From Candidatus Marinacidobacterales bacterium (lineage in GTDB: Bacteria > Acidobacteriota > Vicinamibacteria > Marinacidobacterales > SMYC01): DNA of 64,000 bases. Shown here one piece after another: positions 8,832 to 19,285 of this stretch. Below the pieces are notes generated by a model. It was not told the origin of the DNA. It was given only the letters and a program-made list of their open reading frames with translations, and ran no database searches. Numbering within the stretch: position 1 is the first letter of the stretch; every line of letters begins with the position of its first letter. The stretch lies in NCBI GenBank assembly GCA_965237955.1, contig OZ250169.1, positions 1,888,001 to 1,952,000 on the forward strand, given 5' to 3'. Both the position numbers and the translations under genes were made by a program.

Positions 8832-10682
8832 ATGAGCCAGCCGAACCAGTTTGAATTATTGAGAGAGCGCCGCTTCGGCCCACTGTTTTGGACCCAGTTT
8901 CTCGGCGCGTTGAACGACAACCTGTTCAAGACGGCGTTCATCTTCCTTATTACTTACGGTGTCCTCGCCGAGTCCAGAGACGCTGCTTTGTGGACGCCGA
9001 TGCTCAACGGGCTCCTCATTCTCCCGTTCTTCCTGTTCTCGGCGACGGCCGGCCAGCTCGCGGACAAGCTCGAAAAGGCTAGGCTGATTCGCTGGATCAA
9101 GCTCTGGGAAGTCGCGGTCATGGGAGTCGCGGCGGTGGGATTTCTCACGAACAACGCGTGGCTCCTCGCGGGTACTTTGTTCCTCATGGGAACGCAGTCG
9201 GCGTTTTTCGGCCCAGTGAAATACGCCATCCTTCCTCAGGCGTTGGGCAAGGACTCGCTGGTCTCTGGAAACGCTCTTATCGGGACGGCGACGTTTCTCG
9301 CCATACTTCTCGGCAGCATGGGCGGTGGACTCCTCATCGAGACGGGTTTTGCCTCGGCGATGACGGCGGGACTCGTGCTGGTCATCGCCAGCGTGGGATT
9401 CCTCGTTAGTCGTCGTATACCCGATGCGCCCGCGAGCGATCCCGGACTTCGATTCGATTGGAACACGATGCGACAAGCGGTTCGGGTGTGCGGCTACGCC
9501 GCCGCCGATCCGTCGGTGTGGCGCGCTACTCTCGGAGTGTCCTGGTTCTGGTTCTTTGGCGCGACGCTGCTCACGCTTTTTCCGACATATGGGAAGAACG
9601 TCCTGCACGTGAACGAACAAGTCGTGACCTTCTTTCTGATGGTGTTTTGTGTCGGCATCGGTCTCGGTGCGCTCCTGTGCGGGCGGATCGCGCGCCATCG
9701 TGTCGAGCTCGGGCTCGTACCGGCGGGCGCGGCCGGACTCAGCCTGTTCGTTCTCGATCTTTTCTTCGCGAGCCTTGCCTATGAACCGACGGCGGCGCTC
9801 GCCGGACTCGGTGGATTCTTGTCGAGCGCTGGAAGTGTGCGCATCGTGGCCGACCTCCTGGGTCTCGCCGTTTGTGGCGGTGCGTACATCGTCCCGCTGA
9901 ACGCTCTGATACAGGCGCGCGCCCCCGCTACCAAGCGCTCTCGGATCGTCTCTGCGAACGGCATCCTTTCGGCGCTCTTCATGGTCGTGTCAGCGGGGAT
10001 GACGCTCTTGTTCGCGTCGATTGGCATCCCGTCGGTGTTCACCTATCTCGTTCTCGCGCTCATGAACGCCGCGGTCTTCGTCTACATCGTGCGACAACTA
10101 CCGGAGCTCTTCCTTCGATTCCTCGTTTGGATTCTCGTGAGGGTCTTCTACCGTCTGCAGGTTTCCGGGCTCGACAACGTTCCCGAGAAGGGTCCCGTCG
10201 TTCTCGCTGCGAACCACGTGACCTACGTCGACGCGTTGATCCTCTCGGCGGCGCTCGCTCGTCCGATTCGCTTCGTGATGTATTACAAGTTTGTGGATTT
10301 ACCATTGGCAGGACGGATCTTGAAACGGGCCCGCGTGATCCCGATCGCGAGCCAGCGGGAAAACCCCGAGCTCTTACGGCGGGCGCTGGATGAGATCGCC
10401 AACGCGCTTGGTAACGGCGAGGCCGTTTGTATCTTCCCTGAGGGAGCGCTCACCAACGACGGCGAGATGCGTGAGTTCAGAAAAGGCATCGAGCGCATCG
10501 TCGAGCGCACGAGCGCGCCGGTGGTGCCGTTGGGCCTTCGCGGGTTGTGGGGGAGCTTGTTCTCTCGAGCGCGAAGGCGATTCGGGTTCTGGACGCGCAT
10601 CGGCGTTGCTGTCGGCACCCCGATCGAAAGGAGCGACGTGTCGGCGAGGCGCGTCCAGGAACGCGTCGCCGCTCTGGTGTGA
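8832..10682 (+). CDS. MFS lysophospholipid transporter fused to a PlsC-type acyltransferase (LplT/Aas-like)
   Basis: TQFLGALNDN, GQLADK, FGPVKYAILP; acyltransferase motifs NHVTYVD and IFPEG. Confidence 0.88.
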   Translation: MSQPNQFELLRERRFGPLFWTQFLGALNDNLFKTAFIFLITYGVLAESRDAALWTPMLNGLLILPFFLFSATAGQLADKLEKARLIRWIKLWEVAVMGVAAVGFLTNNAWLLAGTLFLMGTQSAFFGPVKYAILPQALGKDSLVSGNALIGTATFLAILLGSMGGGLLIETGFASAMTAGLVLVIASVGFLVSRRIPDAPASDPGLRFDWNTMRQAVRVCGYAAADPSVWRATLGVSWFWFFGATLLTLFPTYGKNVLHVNEQVVTFFLMVFCVGIGLGALLCGRIARHRVELGLVPAGAAGLSLFVLDLFFASLAYEPTAALAGLGGFLSSAGSVRIVADLLGLAVCGGAYIVPLNALIQARAPATKRSRIVSANGILSALFMVVSAGMTLLFASIGIPSVFTYLVLALMNAAVFVYIVRQLPELFLRFLVWILVRVFYRLQVSGLDNVPEKGPVVLAANHVTYVDALILSAALARPIRFVMYYKFVDLPLAGRILKRARVIPIASQRENPELLRRALDEIANALGNGEAVCIFPEGALTNDGEMREFRKGIERIVERTSAPVVPLGLRGLWGSLFSRARRRFGFWTRIGVAVGTPIERSDVSARRVQERVAALV

Positions 10683-10683
10683 G

Positions 10684-11913
10684 CTACTTGCGAACTCGGA
10701 TTTCGTTCCGCACGGTGCGCACGCCGAACGTCGTGCGCACGATCGCTTCCACGCTCATCCGCAGAATGAGCGCGTTGACGACGCCGGTCAGCGTCACGTG
10801 CTTCGACTCGACGATGATGTGGATAGGAGGGTTCGGTGCGTCGACGAACTCCGCGAACGACGGGTCCTCGTAGATGCGTCGGAAGAGCCGCTCCCTCAAA
10901 CTTTGATCCTCGGACGAGTCCGACAGAACGCGGAGCTCGTTCTGCACTCCTCGGACTCCGGGAACGCTCGCCACCGCACTTTCGAGGTTGTCCTTCTTGG
11001 TGGCGGAGGTCACCGAGCCCTGCAGGATGACCTCACTGCCCTCGAGAGAGAACTGGACGTGGTCGAAAACCGTGAAATCCGAGCTCGTCGTGATTTGGTC
11101 GGCGATGTTCTGAGGCAAGTCGGCGCGCGGCGGCGGTTGAGGTAGGTCGAGCGCTTCCTTGCTGGAAGTGGTTGGTTCGGGTTCCGGTTCGGGCATGGGC
11201 TGCGGTTCCGGCGCGGGTTCGGGTTTGGGCTCAGGTTCCGGCTCGGCCTTGGGTTCAGGTTCGGGCTCCGGTTCCGGCTCGGGTGCTGGTTCCGGTTCGG
11301 GCATGGGCGCGGGTTCGGGCTCAGGTTCCGGTTCGGGCATGGGCGCGGGTTCGGGCTCAGGTTCCGGTTCGGGCTCGGGTTCAGGCTCGGGGGGCGGGGC
11401 AGTGGGCTCTAGCTGGGCGAGCGTCACGCTTTTGATGACGATCGTGCTGTTGACGGCGGCCACACCTTGCGCCTGTCGCGCGATCGAATGAACTCGGTCG
11501 CGTGTCGCCTCGTCGACGACTTGCCCGCTCAAGCTGGCGACGCCGTTTTTGACGATGACCTGGTCGATACCAGAGTCGAGGCCCTTCTGGAGCAACGTGA
11601 ACCAAATCTCCTCTTCCACTTCGGGTGTCACCCCAACGCGGAGGCGGAGCTCGGTGTCGATCGCCTCGACGTCGGCGACGCTGAAGGCCGCTTCGATCGC
11701 GAGAATCTTCTCTCTCGCGCTCTGGACGACACCCGACAAGACGACGACGCCGTCGTCGGCGCGCACGTTGACGGATTGGAGGCCGTCTTGGGCGAGGGCC
11801 CGCCGGACCCGTTCGGCGAGCTGCTCATCGCTCGGCGATTGGGACGCAAAAAGCCCGGGCGCGCAAACGACTCCAAAAGCGAGAAACAGAACCAGCGTAA
11901 ACCGTTGCATCAT
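10684..11913 (-). CDS. Exported multi-BON domain protein with Pro/Glu-rich linker
   Basis: Signal peptide; repeated BON signatures ([21 protein letters not shown]...[16 protein letters not shown]...GVRTVRNEI); central (PE)n tract. Confidence 0.8.
   Translation of the reverse strand: MMQRFTLVLFLAFGVVCAPGLFASQSPSDEQLAERVRRALAQDGLQSVNVRADDGVVVLSGVVQSAREKILAIEAAFSVADVEAIDTELRLRVGVTPEVEEEIWFTLLQKGLDSGIDQVIVKNGVASLSGQVVDEATRDRVHSIARQAQGVAAVNSTIVIKSVTLAQLEPTAPPPEPEPEPEPEPEPEPAPMPEPEPEPEPAPMPEPEPAPEPEPEPEPEPKAEPEPEPKPEPAPEPQPMPEPEPEPTTSSKEALDLPQPPPRADLPQNIADQITTSSDFTVFDHVQFSLEGSEVILQGSVTSATKKDNLESAVASVPGVRGVQNELRVLSDSSEDQSLRERLFRRIYEDPSFAEFVDAPNPPIHIIVESKHVTLTGVVNALILRMSVEAIVRTTFGVRTVRNEIRVRK
11165..11400 (-). 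repeat. Coding (PE)n / [12 protein letters not shown] repeat
   Basis: Hexamer-based repeat including the duplicated unit ggttccggttcgggcatgggcgcgggttcgggctca. Confidence 0.85.
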
Positions 11914-12128
11914 CCCCTATTCTAGCTTGGTGCCCACACCAAAGGGAGGGCGCTCCCCGGTGAAGCGCGCAGGCCGCCGTCGCGACGTTGCCTTCGCAGC
12001 CGACGAAACTGTGCCTAATCTCACGTCCGCTAGGGCCGCTTCTGCAAGGTGGCGCGATACGCGATGCCCAAGTCCCCGAGTGTGTCGTCCGATCGAATTT
12101 CCATTGAAAGCCCTCCGAGAGAAACCGC

Positions 12129-13700
12129 GTGATTGGTGAGACACTGCGACACTACCGTGTCGACGCGGAAATCGGCGCCGGAGCGATGGGGATCGTTTAC
12201 CGTGCGTTCGACACCGTGCTCGAGCGTCCCGTCGCGATCAAGATTCTGAGTGAGAGGCCCGATCAGGAGATCGACGGAGCGCGGCTCGTCGACGAAGCCC
12301 GGAACGTCTCGGCGCTCAACCATCCCAACATCTGCACCATCCACGATGTCGGCGAAGATCACAATCGTACGTTCATCGTCATGGAGTTCATCGAAGGGCA
12401 ACCGTTGACGCCGATTTCAAGACCGACGTGTGGTCGCTCGGCATCGTTCTCTAGTGTTGGTGCTTCCGTTCGCGGATCGATCGCCGGCCGGTGACAACGA
12501 GCACCTTGCCGACGGCCTCACCGAGGAGATCATCACCGACCTTTCGAATGTCGAGAGCGTTCGCGTGATTTCGCGAACCTCGAGCTTACGCCTCAAGGAC
12601 AGCTCGGACGACATCACCCGCATCGGTGAGCAGCTCAAAGTGCAATACGTCGTCGAGGGCAGTGTGCGCAAGGCAGGCAACAAGCTTCGGGTCACCGTGA
12701 ACGTCGTCGACGTTGACACCGACTCGCCTATCTGGGGAAACAAATACAGCGGCGAAGTCGAAGACGTCTTCGACATCCAGGAGAAAGCATCTCGCAACAT
12801 CGCGGACGCGCTCGAGCTGAGACTGACTTCGGTTGAGAAACGCAGAATGGCCGCTCATCCCATTGCCGACGTACGCGTCTACGAGTGCTATTTGAGAGCG
12901 AAGCAGGAGATGCACCGCTTTTCTTCCGATGCGCTCGAGCGGGCTCTCGATCACTTGCGAGCCGGCGCCGCAATCGACGAAGACAACCTGTTGCTGCTGT
13001 CGGCGACGGGCGAGGCGCACTGGCAATACGTCAACGAGGGCCTGTCGAGCGATCCCGAACATCTCGAGAAGGCCCGAAGCATCGCCAACGAATTCTCGAT
13101 GCGGACCCAGCCTCGGCCGCGGCGCACCGCCTTTCGGGTATGATCCGCTTCCACGAGGGCGAGACCGAGGAAGGCATTCGCCAACACCGGCGCGCGCACG
13201 AGGAAGAGCCGAACGATCCCGACACGCTCATGTGGCTCAGCGTGTTCACCGCCGTAAGCGGTAAACACGACGTTGCCACGCCTTGGGTGGCGCGACTTCT
13301 CGAGATCGATCCACTGACGCCGCTTTATCGAGTTCTTCCCGGGGTCCTCGCTTCGATGAAAGGAAACTTCGACGAAGCGAGTGAGCTCCTCTCGAAGAGC
13401 TACGTTATGAACCTCGAGAACCCGGGCGTTCGGCTTCTCTACGGGCAGGCGTTGGTCATGAGCGGGAAAATCGACGACGCGGCCGCCGTGTTCGATGCTC
13501 TGCTCTATGACATGCCGGAGAGCCCGTTTACCCACGTGGGCGCGTTCTACCGTTTTGGCTACGAGGTGATCGCGAGCGGGCTAAAGACGCCGTATCCGAA
13601 CAAACCGAGGCGGCACTCGGCACCGACCTCCAGTACTCGTGGATGCTCGCGCAGTGCTACGCGCTCATCGAAGAGAACGACCGCGCGATTCACTGGTTAC
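12129..13700 (+). pseudogene. Decayed Ser/Thr kinase-TolB-like-TPR gene
   Basis: The kinase N-lobe (GAGAMGIVY, VAIK, LNHPNI) jumps to DVWSLG with HRD/DFG missing, then to VLPF...DGLTEEII...VISRTS. The TPR part is split by further frameshifts. Confidence 0.8.
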
Positions 13701-13702
13701 AG

Positions 13703-14753
13703 AACAGACCAAAGCCAATCTCAAGAAAGATCAACTGAAGCTTTTCCGCGATGCCGGTGTGCTCGAGATCCAGCCCGGTGTCGAGAGCTTCAGCGACGCC
13801 GTGCTCCAGTTGATGCGCAAAGGCGTCAGCGCGCTGCAGAACGTCCAGCTTCTGAAGTGGTGTCGGGAGCTCTGCCTCACGGCGTATTGGAACGTCCTGT
13901 GGGGTTTTCCGGAGAGCAAGAGGAGGATTACGCGCGCATGGCGCGTCTCGTCCCCCATCTTATGCACCTGCAACCACCGGGCGGCATTGCGGGCATTCGT
14001 CTGGACCGCTTCAGCCCCAACTTTCTTCGACGCAACCAAGATGGGTTTCGTCGACGTGTCCCCGCTCCCGGCGTATCGGCACGTCTACCCGCTCGAGGAC
14101 GAGGCTCTGATGAACCTCGCCTACCATTTCACGTTTCGTTACGCCGACAATCGTGATGTGAATGCTTACATTCGCCCGTTGCTGGTTGAGCTCCGCCGCT
14201 GGATGTCGACGCATGATGCGGGTCTGTTCATGGTCGATGGCGACGGCCGGCTCGCAATTGGGGATCTTCGACCCGCGAGCATCGCGCCGTTGAGTGTTCT
14301 CTCGGGGCTCGCGCGGTTTCTCTATTTGGAATGCGATGCGATTCGGCTCTCGAGACCCTGATCCGTCGCGTGGAGGAAGAACGGGGGCGAAAGACCGAGA
14401 GCACCGAGCTTGTCCGTTGTCTCGATCCGCTCGTTGAGCGCGGCCTCATTCTCGAGCAGGATGGTCGCTATCTCAGCTTGGCGGTCCGGCTCGGTGATTA
14501 CGAACCGAGCCGTCCGGTCGTGAACCGGTTCTTCGCAGTAGCGAAGGAGCTCGGCGAGCCCACCACCGATGGGTTGCGTGTGCCCTTGAAACGTCTCAAC
14601 GGGAGCGAGGGCTATTTGACCGCTGCCGAACGAGCTCTGGCGAAGGCCGGAAGCTCGTTCCCGAGATATCGCTCTCGGCGTCTCTCACCATCGCAATTTT
14701 ATGTGGACGGCAACCGCGGTTTGCTCGTAGAATTCCGCAGGCGGTATAACTGA
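13703..14753 (+). pseudogene. C-terminal half of a RiPP-maturation B12-dependent radical SAM protein (TIGR03975-like), frameshifted
   Basis: TKANLKK...IQPGVESFS..VL.LMRKGVSALQNVQLLKWC...WNVLWGFP, then HLQPP...RLDRFSPNF, LAYHF and GRYLSLAV, spread across frames. The N-terminus with CxxxCxxC is absent. Confidence 0.75.
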
Positions 14754-14810
14754 AAGGGAAGCTGCATGGCAAAGAAGAAGGCCAAGAAGAAGGCCGCCAA
14801 GAAGAAAAAG

Positions 14811-16194
14811 GGGTCTACGCGGGTTCGTGTGGGTTGAAAACGGCATTTCTGGGTAATGGCGGAAGGAATGCCGCCACGATCTTCAGCTTGAGATATCCCT
14901 CGTCACGATAGCCGTAGGCGCGTCGTTGCAGAACACGGATTTTGTTGTTGACCCCTTCAACCAGTCCGAGACTGACTTTGTTCTCAGGATGACAGTAGGA
15001 GGCGATACCATCCCAATGGGACTCAATCATTCCGGCGAACTTCTGGTAGGGATGCAGGCGCTGCCATTTGAGGCTGTCTTTCCAACGTGTGAAAAAGGCG
15101 CGAGCCCCGCGTTCGGTGCGGTAATCCCAGAGTTGCCCGAAGGCCTCCTTCAAAACATAGGCGGTGTTCAGGCGCCGGTTGGCCTGGAGCAACTTCTTGA
15201 GTGCGCGGCGACCGTCCAGGCTCAGGTTCTCCCGCCGGGAAAGCAACGTGTAACGCTGCCCCTTGATATACGACCGGTCCTCGCCGCTGAGGCGTTTGTA
15301 CTCACGGCGCCGGACCTCATCGAGAGCCTTTGACAGGTGACGCATGATATGAAACTTGTCGAAGATGATCCGCGCATTGGGTGCGTTGTTAATCACCGAG
15401 TTCCGGAAGGGCTTCCACATATCCATGGCGGCCAGCTTGATACGGGCGCTTTTCTTCCCGCCCAGCGCCTTGAAGAACAAATCGATGTCGGTTTCTTTGC
15501 GACCCTCACCGCCCACCCAGATGGGACGCGCCCGCTCCAGGTCGCTGACAATGACACGATAGTTATGTCCCTTGCGGATGGAGATCTCATCGATACCGAT
15601 GGCCCGAGGCGCCGGCAGCCCCGCCCGCTCGACTTGCTCTTGCATGTAGAGCTTATCCAGGTCCTTCACCGTAGTGTGGTGCAGACGTTCCATCTCGGCC
15701 ACCGCCTTGTTCGGCATATCCCGGCACAGCTTGCCCACATGCGTCGCAAAGCGCTGGGTGTAGCGCGGGTTGTTCGCCAGCCAGTCCAAGTGTTCTACAT
15801 GCACACCACCGCACCCACGACAGTTGACGCGCCAACGCTCGTATTCCAGATAGATCCGCCAGCCTGCCAACGACAGGTCGCGGACCCGGCACACTTGCTT
15901 GTCATAGCGCCCCCGGCACCGATGCCCACAGTACGAGCACACGGCTGTTTTTTTCGCCTCTTGAGCTGGATGACGCGGGCGTATCGGTCACCGAATACAC
16001 CGTTCAATCGGGCGCCAGCCACGAAACCTGGTAGCGCAAAAAGCGAGCGGATCGACTGGGGATTTTTCACTCGGTTAGCCTATCCGAAAAACGGATCACT
16101 TCTCAGCACCTGATGAAGTGCTGAATACCTTTTCCACACAATGAGTTACACTATTTCTCCGTCAGCATTCGCCCACAGATTTCCGCGTAGACCC
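14811..16194 (-). mobile_element. ISL3-family insertion sequence (element 1, 1384 bp)
   Basis: Terminal IRs GGGTCTACGCGG...TGTGGG / CCCACA...CCGCGTAGACCC; 8-bp direct repeat AGAAAAAG at 14803-14810 and 16195-16202. Confidence 0.93.
14815..16070 (-). CDS. ISL3 transposase, joined by a -1 frameshift at an A7C run near 15950
   Basis: Short N-terminal ORF ...QLKRRKK, then zinc finger CSYCG...CRGC, IGIDE, AMDMW, DKFH and EGVNNKI...RRAYG. Confidence 0.85.
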
Positions 16195-16254
16195 AGAAAA
16201 AGAAGACCACCAAGAAAGCTGGAAAGAAGCGGGCGAAACGTCAGGTCTTCTGAT

Positions 16255-16565
16255 TCGATCGCGTCAGCAATCTCTTTCAGATTATTTTTTTCCGGCGCCT
16301 CGTCGCGCGTGTTTGCGGCTTGGGCCCTAATGCCCTCGAGCAAGCTCGTGCCATTAGAGCTTCCAAGTCCTGTGCACTCATCCCAGCCCGGACCGGCGGA
16401 GTATCCACCGTTGTCCCCGGAAGTAAACCGACGTAGCGCTCCGGACGATCGAAGCCGGTAGAGGCGCGGCGTCACGAACCCAAGTCGTTCGCCGGTGTCG
16501 GCCAACCCTTCATTTAGACGAGCGCCGAGACCAGCCCACAAGGGTGAGACCGCGCTCGTGACGAG
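16255..16565 (-). pseudogene. C-terminal fragment of an S53 (sedolisin/kumamolisin) peptidase
   Basis: TSAVSPLWAG..ARLN...PRLY...TSGDNGGYSAGPGWDECTGLGS; an in-frame stop lies shortly upstream. Confidence 0.7.
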
Positions 16566-16773
16566 CGCCGTCCACAGGTTCTCGTTGGCTACCGGGAAGC
16601 TCGATCATCGCGCCGTTGTGTTTGCGATTCTAGCAAGGTTGGCGAGCGAGCCGGAAAACCCAGGTTCGCTTTTCACCCCAGGGGCTGGACACAGTAGAAT
16701 TGTGTGGCTCTCGGTCAGGCTCGGCCAATCACAGACGGGAGCCGTGCCCATCTGGGGTGGGCAGCTTCGGCAG

Positions 16774-18219
16774 ATGCAGACATTTTCCGAGTTTATCGAT
16801 CAAAGCTTCGACTTCCCGCCCGAGGGGTTCCAGGTCCTCGACGACGAGCTCTATTTTCACGGGATCAACGTGATGGAGCTCATCGAGACCTACAAGACGC
16901 CGCTGCGGTTCACCTACATGCCGATTATCTCGGAGAGAGTGAGGCGGGCGCGGAAGTACTTCCACGACGCGATCGACAAGGTCGCCTACCGTGGCAACTA
17001 TACCTACACGTACTGCACGAAGAGCGCGCATTTCAAACACGTGATGGTCGAGGTGCTCAAAGCGGGGGCGCAACTAGAAACGTCGTCGGCTCTCGATATC
17101 CCGATCATCGACGTCCTCGAACGTTCCGGCCACGTCAACAAACAGATCCGGGTGTTGTGCAACGGATTCAAAGACTACGAGTACAAGCAAAACATCGTGG
17201 ACATGCTGCACGACGGCTTCGAAAACTTCGTTCCGATACTCGACAACAAAGACGAGCTCGGTTTCTACGAGCAGGAGCTCCACGTGCCGTGCACGCTGGG
17301 GATTCGGCTTGCGACCGAGGAGCCGCCGGAATCGGGTTTCTATACGAGCCGCCTCGGGATGAGAGAGGACCAGATCATTCCGTTCTACATGCAAAAGCTC
17401 TCGGATCATCCGAGCCTGGGCGTGAAGTTGCTGCATTTCTTCGTGCACACCGGCATTCAAGACACGCCGTTTTTTTGGAGCGAGCTCCGTCGCTTCGTCA
17501 ACTTCTACTGTCAGTTCAAGGTCGTCAATCCGAAGCTCGCAATGCTCGACCTCGGTGGTGGCCTGCCGTTCAGGAACTCGCTCGCGTTCGAGTACGACTA
17601 CGAGTACGTCATCGGCGAGATCGTGCGGACGGTGCAAGAGATCTGCCGGGAGAACTCGGTCGAAGAGCCCGACCTCATCACCGAGTTCGGAAGCTACACC
17701 GTGGCCGAGAGCAGCGGAACGCTCTTCAAAGTGTTGGGGAAGAAAGAGCAGAACGATCGTGAAAAGTGGCACATGATCGATGGGAGCGTCATCACCATGC
17801 TCCCTGACGTGTGGGCGCTCGGCCGCCGGTTCATGCTCCTGCCCATCAACAATTGGGACGCCGGTTACGAAAAAGTCGTCATCGGCGGTATGACGTGCGA
17901 TGCCGATGATTATTACAGCGAAGAAACCCATCGCGGCTCGATCTTCATGCCGGACACACGCTTGCAGCAATACATCGGGTTCTTCCACACCGGCGCCTAC
18001 CAGGAAGTTCTGAGCGGAGTGGGAGGCCTCCACCACTGCCTCATGCCGGATCCGAAACACGTTGTGATCTCGCTCGACGATGAAGGGCATCGCGTGTTCC
18101 GCGTGCTCAGCGAAGAGCAGGTTTCCAAGCAAGTTCTCCGGACTCTCGGCTACCGGCGTGATCCGGATGCGCCTCCGGTGCGCTCCGCGAAAGACCGGGA
18201 CAAGAAGCTCGTCGAGTAG
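16774..18219 (+). CDS. speA: Arginine decarboxylase (PLP, alanine-racemase fold, Bacteroidota-like form)
   Basis: YTYCTKSAHF (PLP Lys), LETSS, CNGFK, SRLG, DLGGG, TEFGSYTV, TCDADDYY and GAYQ. Start set at MQTFSEFIDQSFDFP. Confidence 0.85.
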   Translation: MQTFSEFIDQSFDFPPEGFQVLDDELYFHGINVMELIETYKTPLRFTYMPIISERVRRARKYFHDAIDKVAYRGNYTYTYCTKSAHFKHVMVEVLKAGAQLETSSALDIPIIDVLERSGHVNKQIRVLCNGFKDYEYKQNIVDMLHDGFENFVPILDNKDELGFYEQELHVPCTLGIRLATEEPPESGFYTSRLGMREDQIIPFYMQKLSDHPSLGVKLLHFFVHTGIQDTPFFWSELRRFVNFYCQFKVVNPKLAMLDLGGGLPFRNSLAFEYDYEYVIGEIVRTVQEICRENSVEEPDLITEFGSYTVAESSGTLFKVLGKKEQNDREKWHMIDGSVITMLPDVWALGRRFMLLPINNWDAGYEKVVIGGMTCDADDYYSEETHRGSIFMPDTRLQQYIGFFHTGAYQEVLSGVGGLHHCLMPDPKHVVISLDDEGHRVFRVLSEEQVSKQVLRTLGYRRDPDAPPVRSAKDRDKKLVE

Positions 18220-18231
18220 ACGCCCACCGGC

Positions 18232-19269
18232 ATGACGCGCGAAAACAACGTTCGCGATTTCGATCCGAACCAACCCGTCGCCACCAATACGCTCTGGGGT
18301 CTTCCGTTCGATGTGGACGACGCGGCTCTCGTCGTGCTTCCGGTGCCGTGGGAAGTGACGGTATCGTACGGTGCCGGCACCGCGAACGCACCCGCGGCCG
18401 TTCTCACGGCGTCGCGCCAGGTCGACCTCGAGAACGAGATGTATCCGAATGCGTGGAAGCAGGGGATTGCCATGGCGCCCGAGCCCTGTGACGTGAGGCG
18501 CCTGAACGACGTGACCCGACCGAAGGCTCTCGAGGTCATCGACGCGATTGCACGGGGAAATGCGGAAAGCGGGGCCGCGTCACTAGCCGAAGTGAACCGC
18601 GCTTGTGAAACGATGGTCGCCCGGGTGCGAAGCGATGCGACCGGTCTTCTCGATCGAGGCAAGCGGGTCGGCGTTCTCGGCGGTGACCATAGCGTGGCGC
18701 TTGGGCTCATGCAGGCGCTCGCCGAGCGTTACGACGATTTCGGCATCCTGCATATCGACGCCCATTGCGACCTTCGGGACGCTTACGAGGGTTTCGTACA
18801 CTCGCATGCATCGATCATGAGACACGCGCTCGGGTTACCAGGTCTTTCGAAAATGGTTCAAGTCGGCGTGCGCGACAACTGCGAAGAAGAGATCGAGGTG
18901 ATACGTGGTAGCGGAGGCGTGGTGCAACTTTTCAGTAATCACACGCTGTCGGGACGAAGCTTCCACGGTGAGACCTGGTCCGCGATGACCGACGATATCG
19001 TGCGGGAGCTTCCGGAGAATGTCTACGTGAGCTTCGACGTCGACGGGCTCGACCCGTCACTGTGCCCGGGAACGGGAACGCCGGTGCCGGGAGGGCTGGC
19101 GTACGAACAAGCGCTCTATCTCGTCGAGCGGCTGGGCGCCACCGAGCGCAACATCGTGGGCTTCGACCTGAGTGAGGTATCGCCATCGGGCGAGAGGGGA
19201 AGCGAGTGGGACGCAAACGTCGGCGCGCGGTTACTCTATCGGCTGAGCTCGGCCGCGCTATCGCGGTAA
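18232..19269 (+). CDS. speB: Agmatinase (ureohydrolase family)
   Basis: GGDHS, HIDAHCD, SHAS and SFDVDGLDP...GTGTPVPGG. Confidence 0.88.
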   Translation: MTRENNVRDFDPNQPVATNTLWGLPFDVDDAALVVLPVPWEVTVSYGAGTANAPAAVLTASRQVDLENEMYPNAWKQGIAMAPEPCDVRRLNDVTRPKALEVIDAIARGNAESGAASLAEVNRACETMVARVRSDATGLLDRGKRVGVLGGDHSVALGLMQALAERYDDFGILHIDAHCDLRDAYEGFVHSHASIMRHALGLPGLSKMVQVGVRDNCEEEIEVIRGSGGVVQLFSNHTLSGRSFHGETWSAMTDDIVRELPENVYVSFDVDGLDPSLCPGTGTPVPGGLAYEQALYLVERLGATERNIVGFDLSEVSPSGERGSEWDANVGARLLYRLSSAALSR

Positions 19270-19285
19270 GCGCGAGGAGGTGGAC

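Larger units (their letters stand above)
14766..16253 (+). pseudogene. 31-aa Lys-rich peptide gene interrupted by ISL3
   Basis: Removing 14811-16194 and one copy of the AGAAAAAG duplication gives MAKKKAKKKAAKKKKKTTKKAGKKRAKRQVF* in frame. A purine-rich RBS (gaaagggaag) precedes the ATG. Confidence 0.65.

Noticed and set aside
7331-8941. 536-aa alternative-frame ORF and similar long Arg-rich shadow ORFs
   Set aside because: High-GC off-frame artefacts overlapping genes with clear family motifs.
11159-11491. Gly-Ser repeat ORF on the + strand
   Set aside because: It is the antisense shadow of the Pro-Glu linker in the BON protein.
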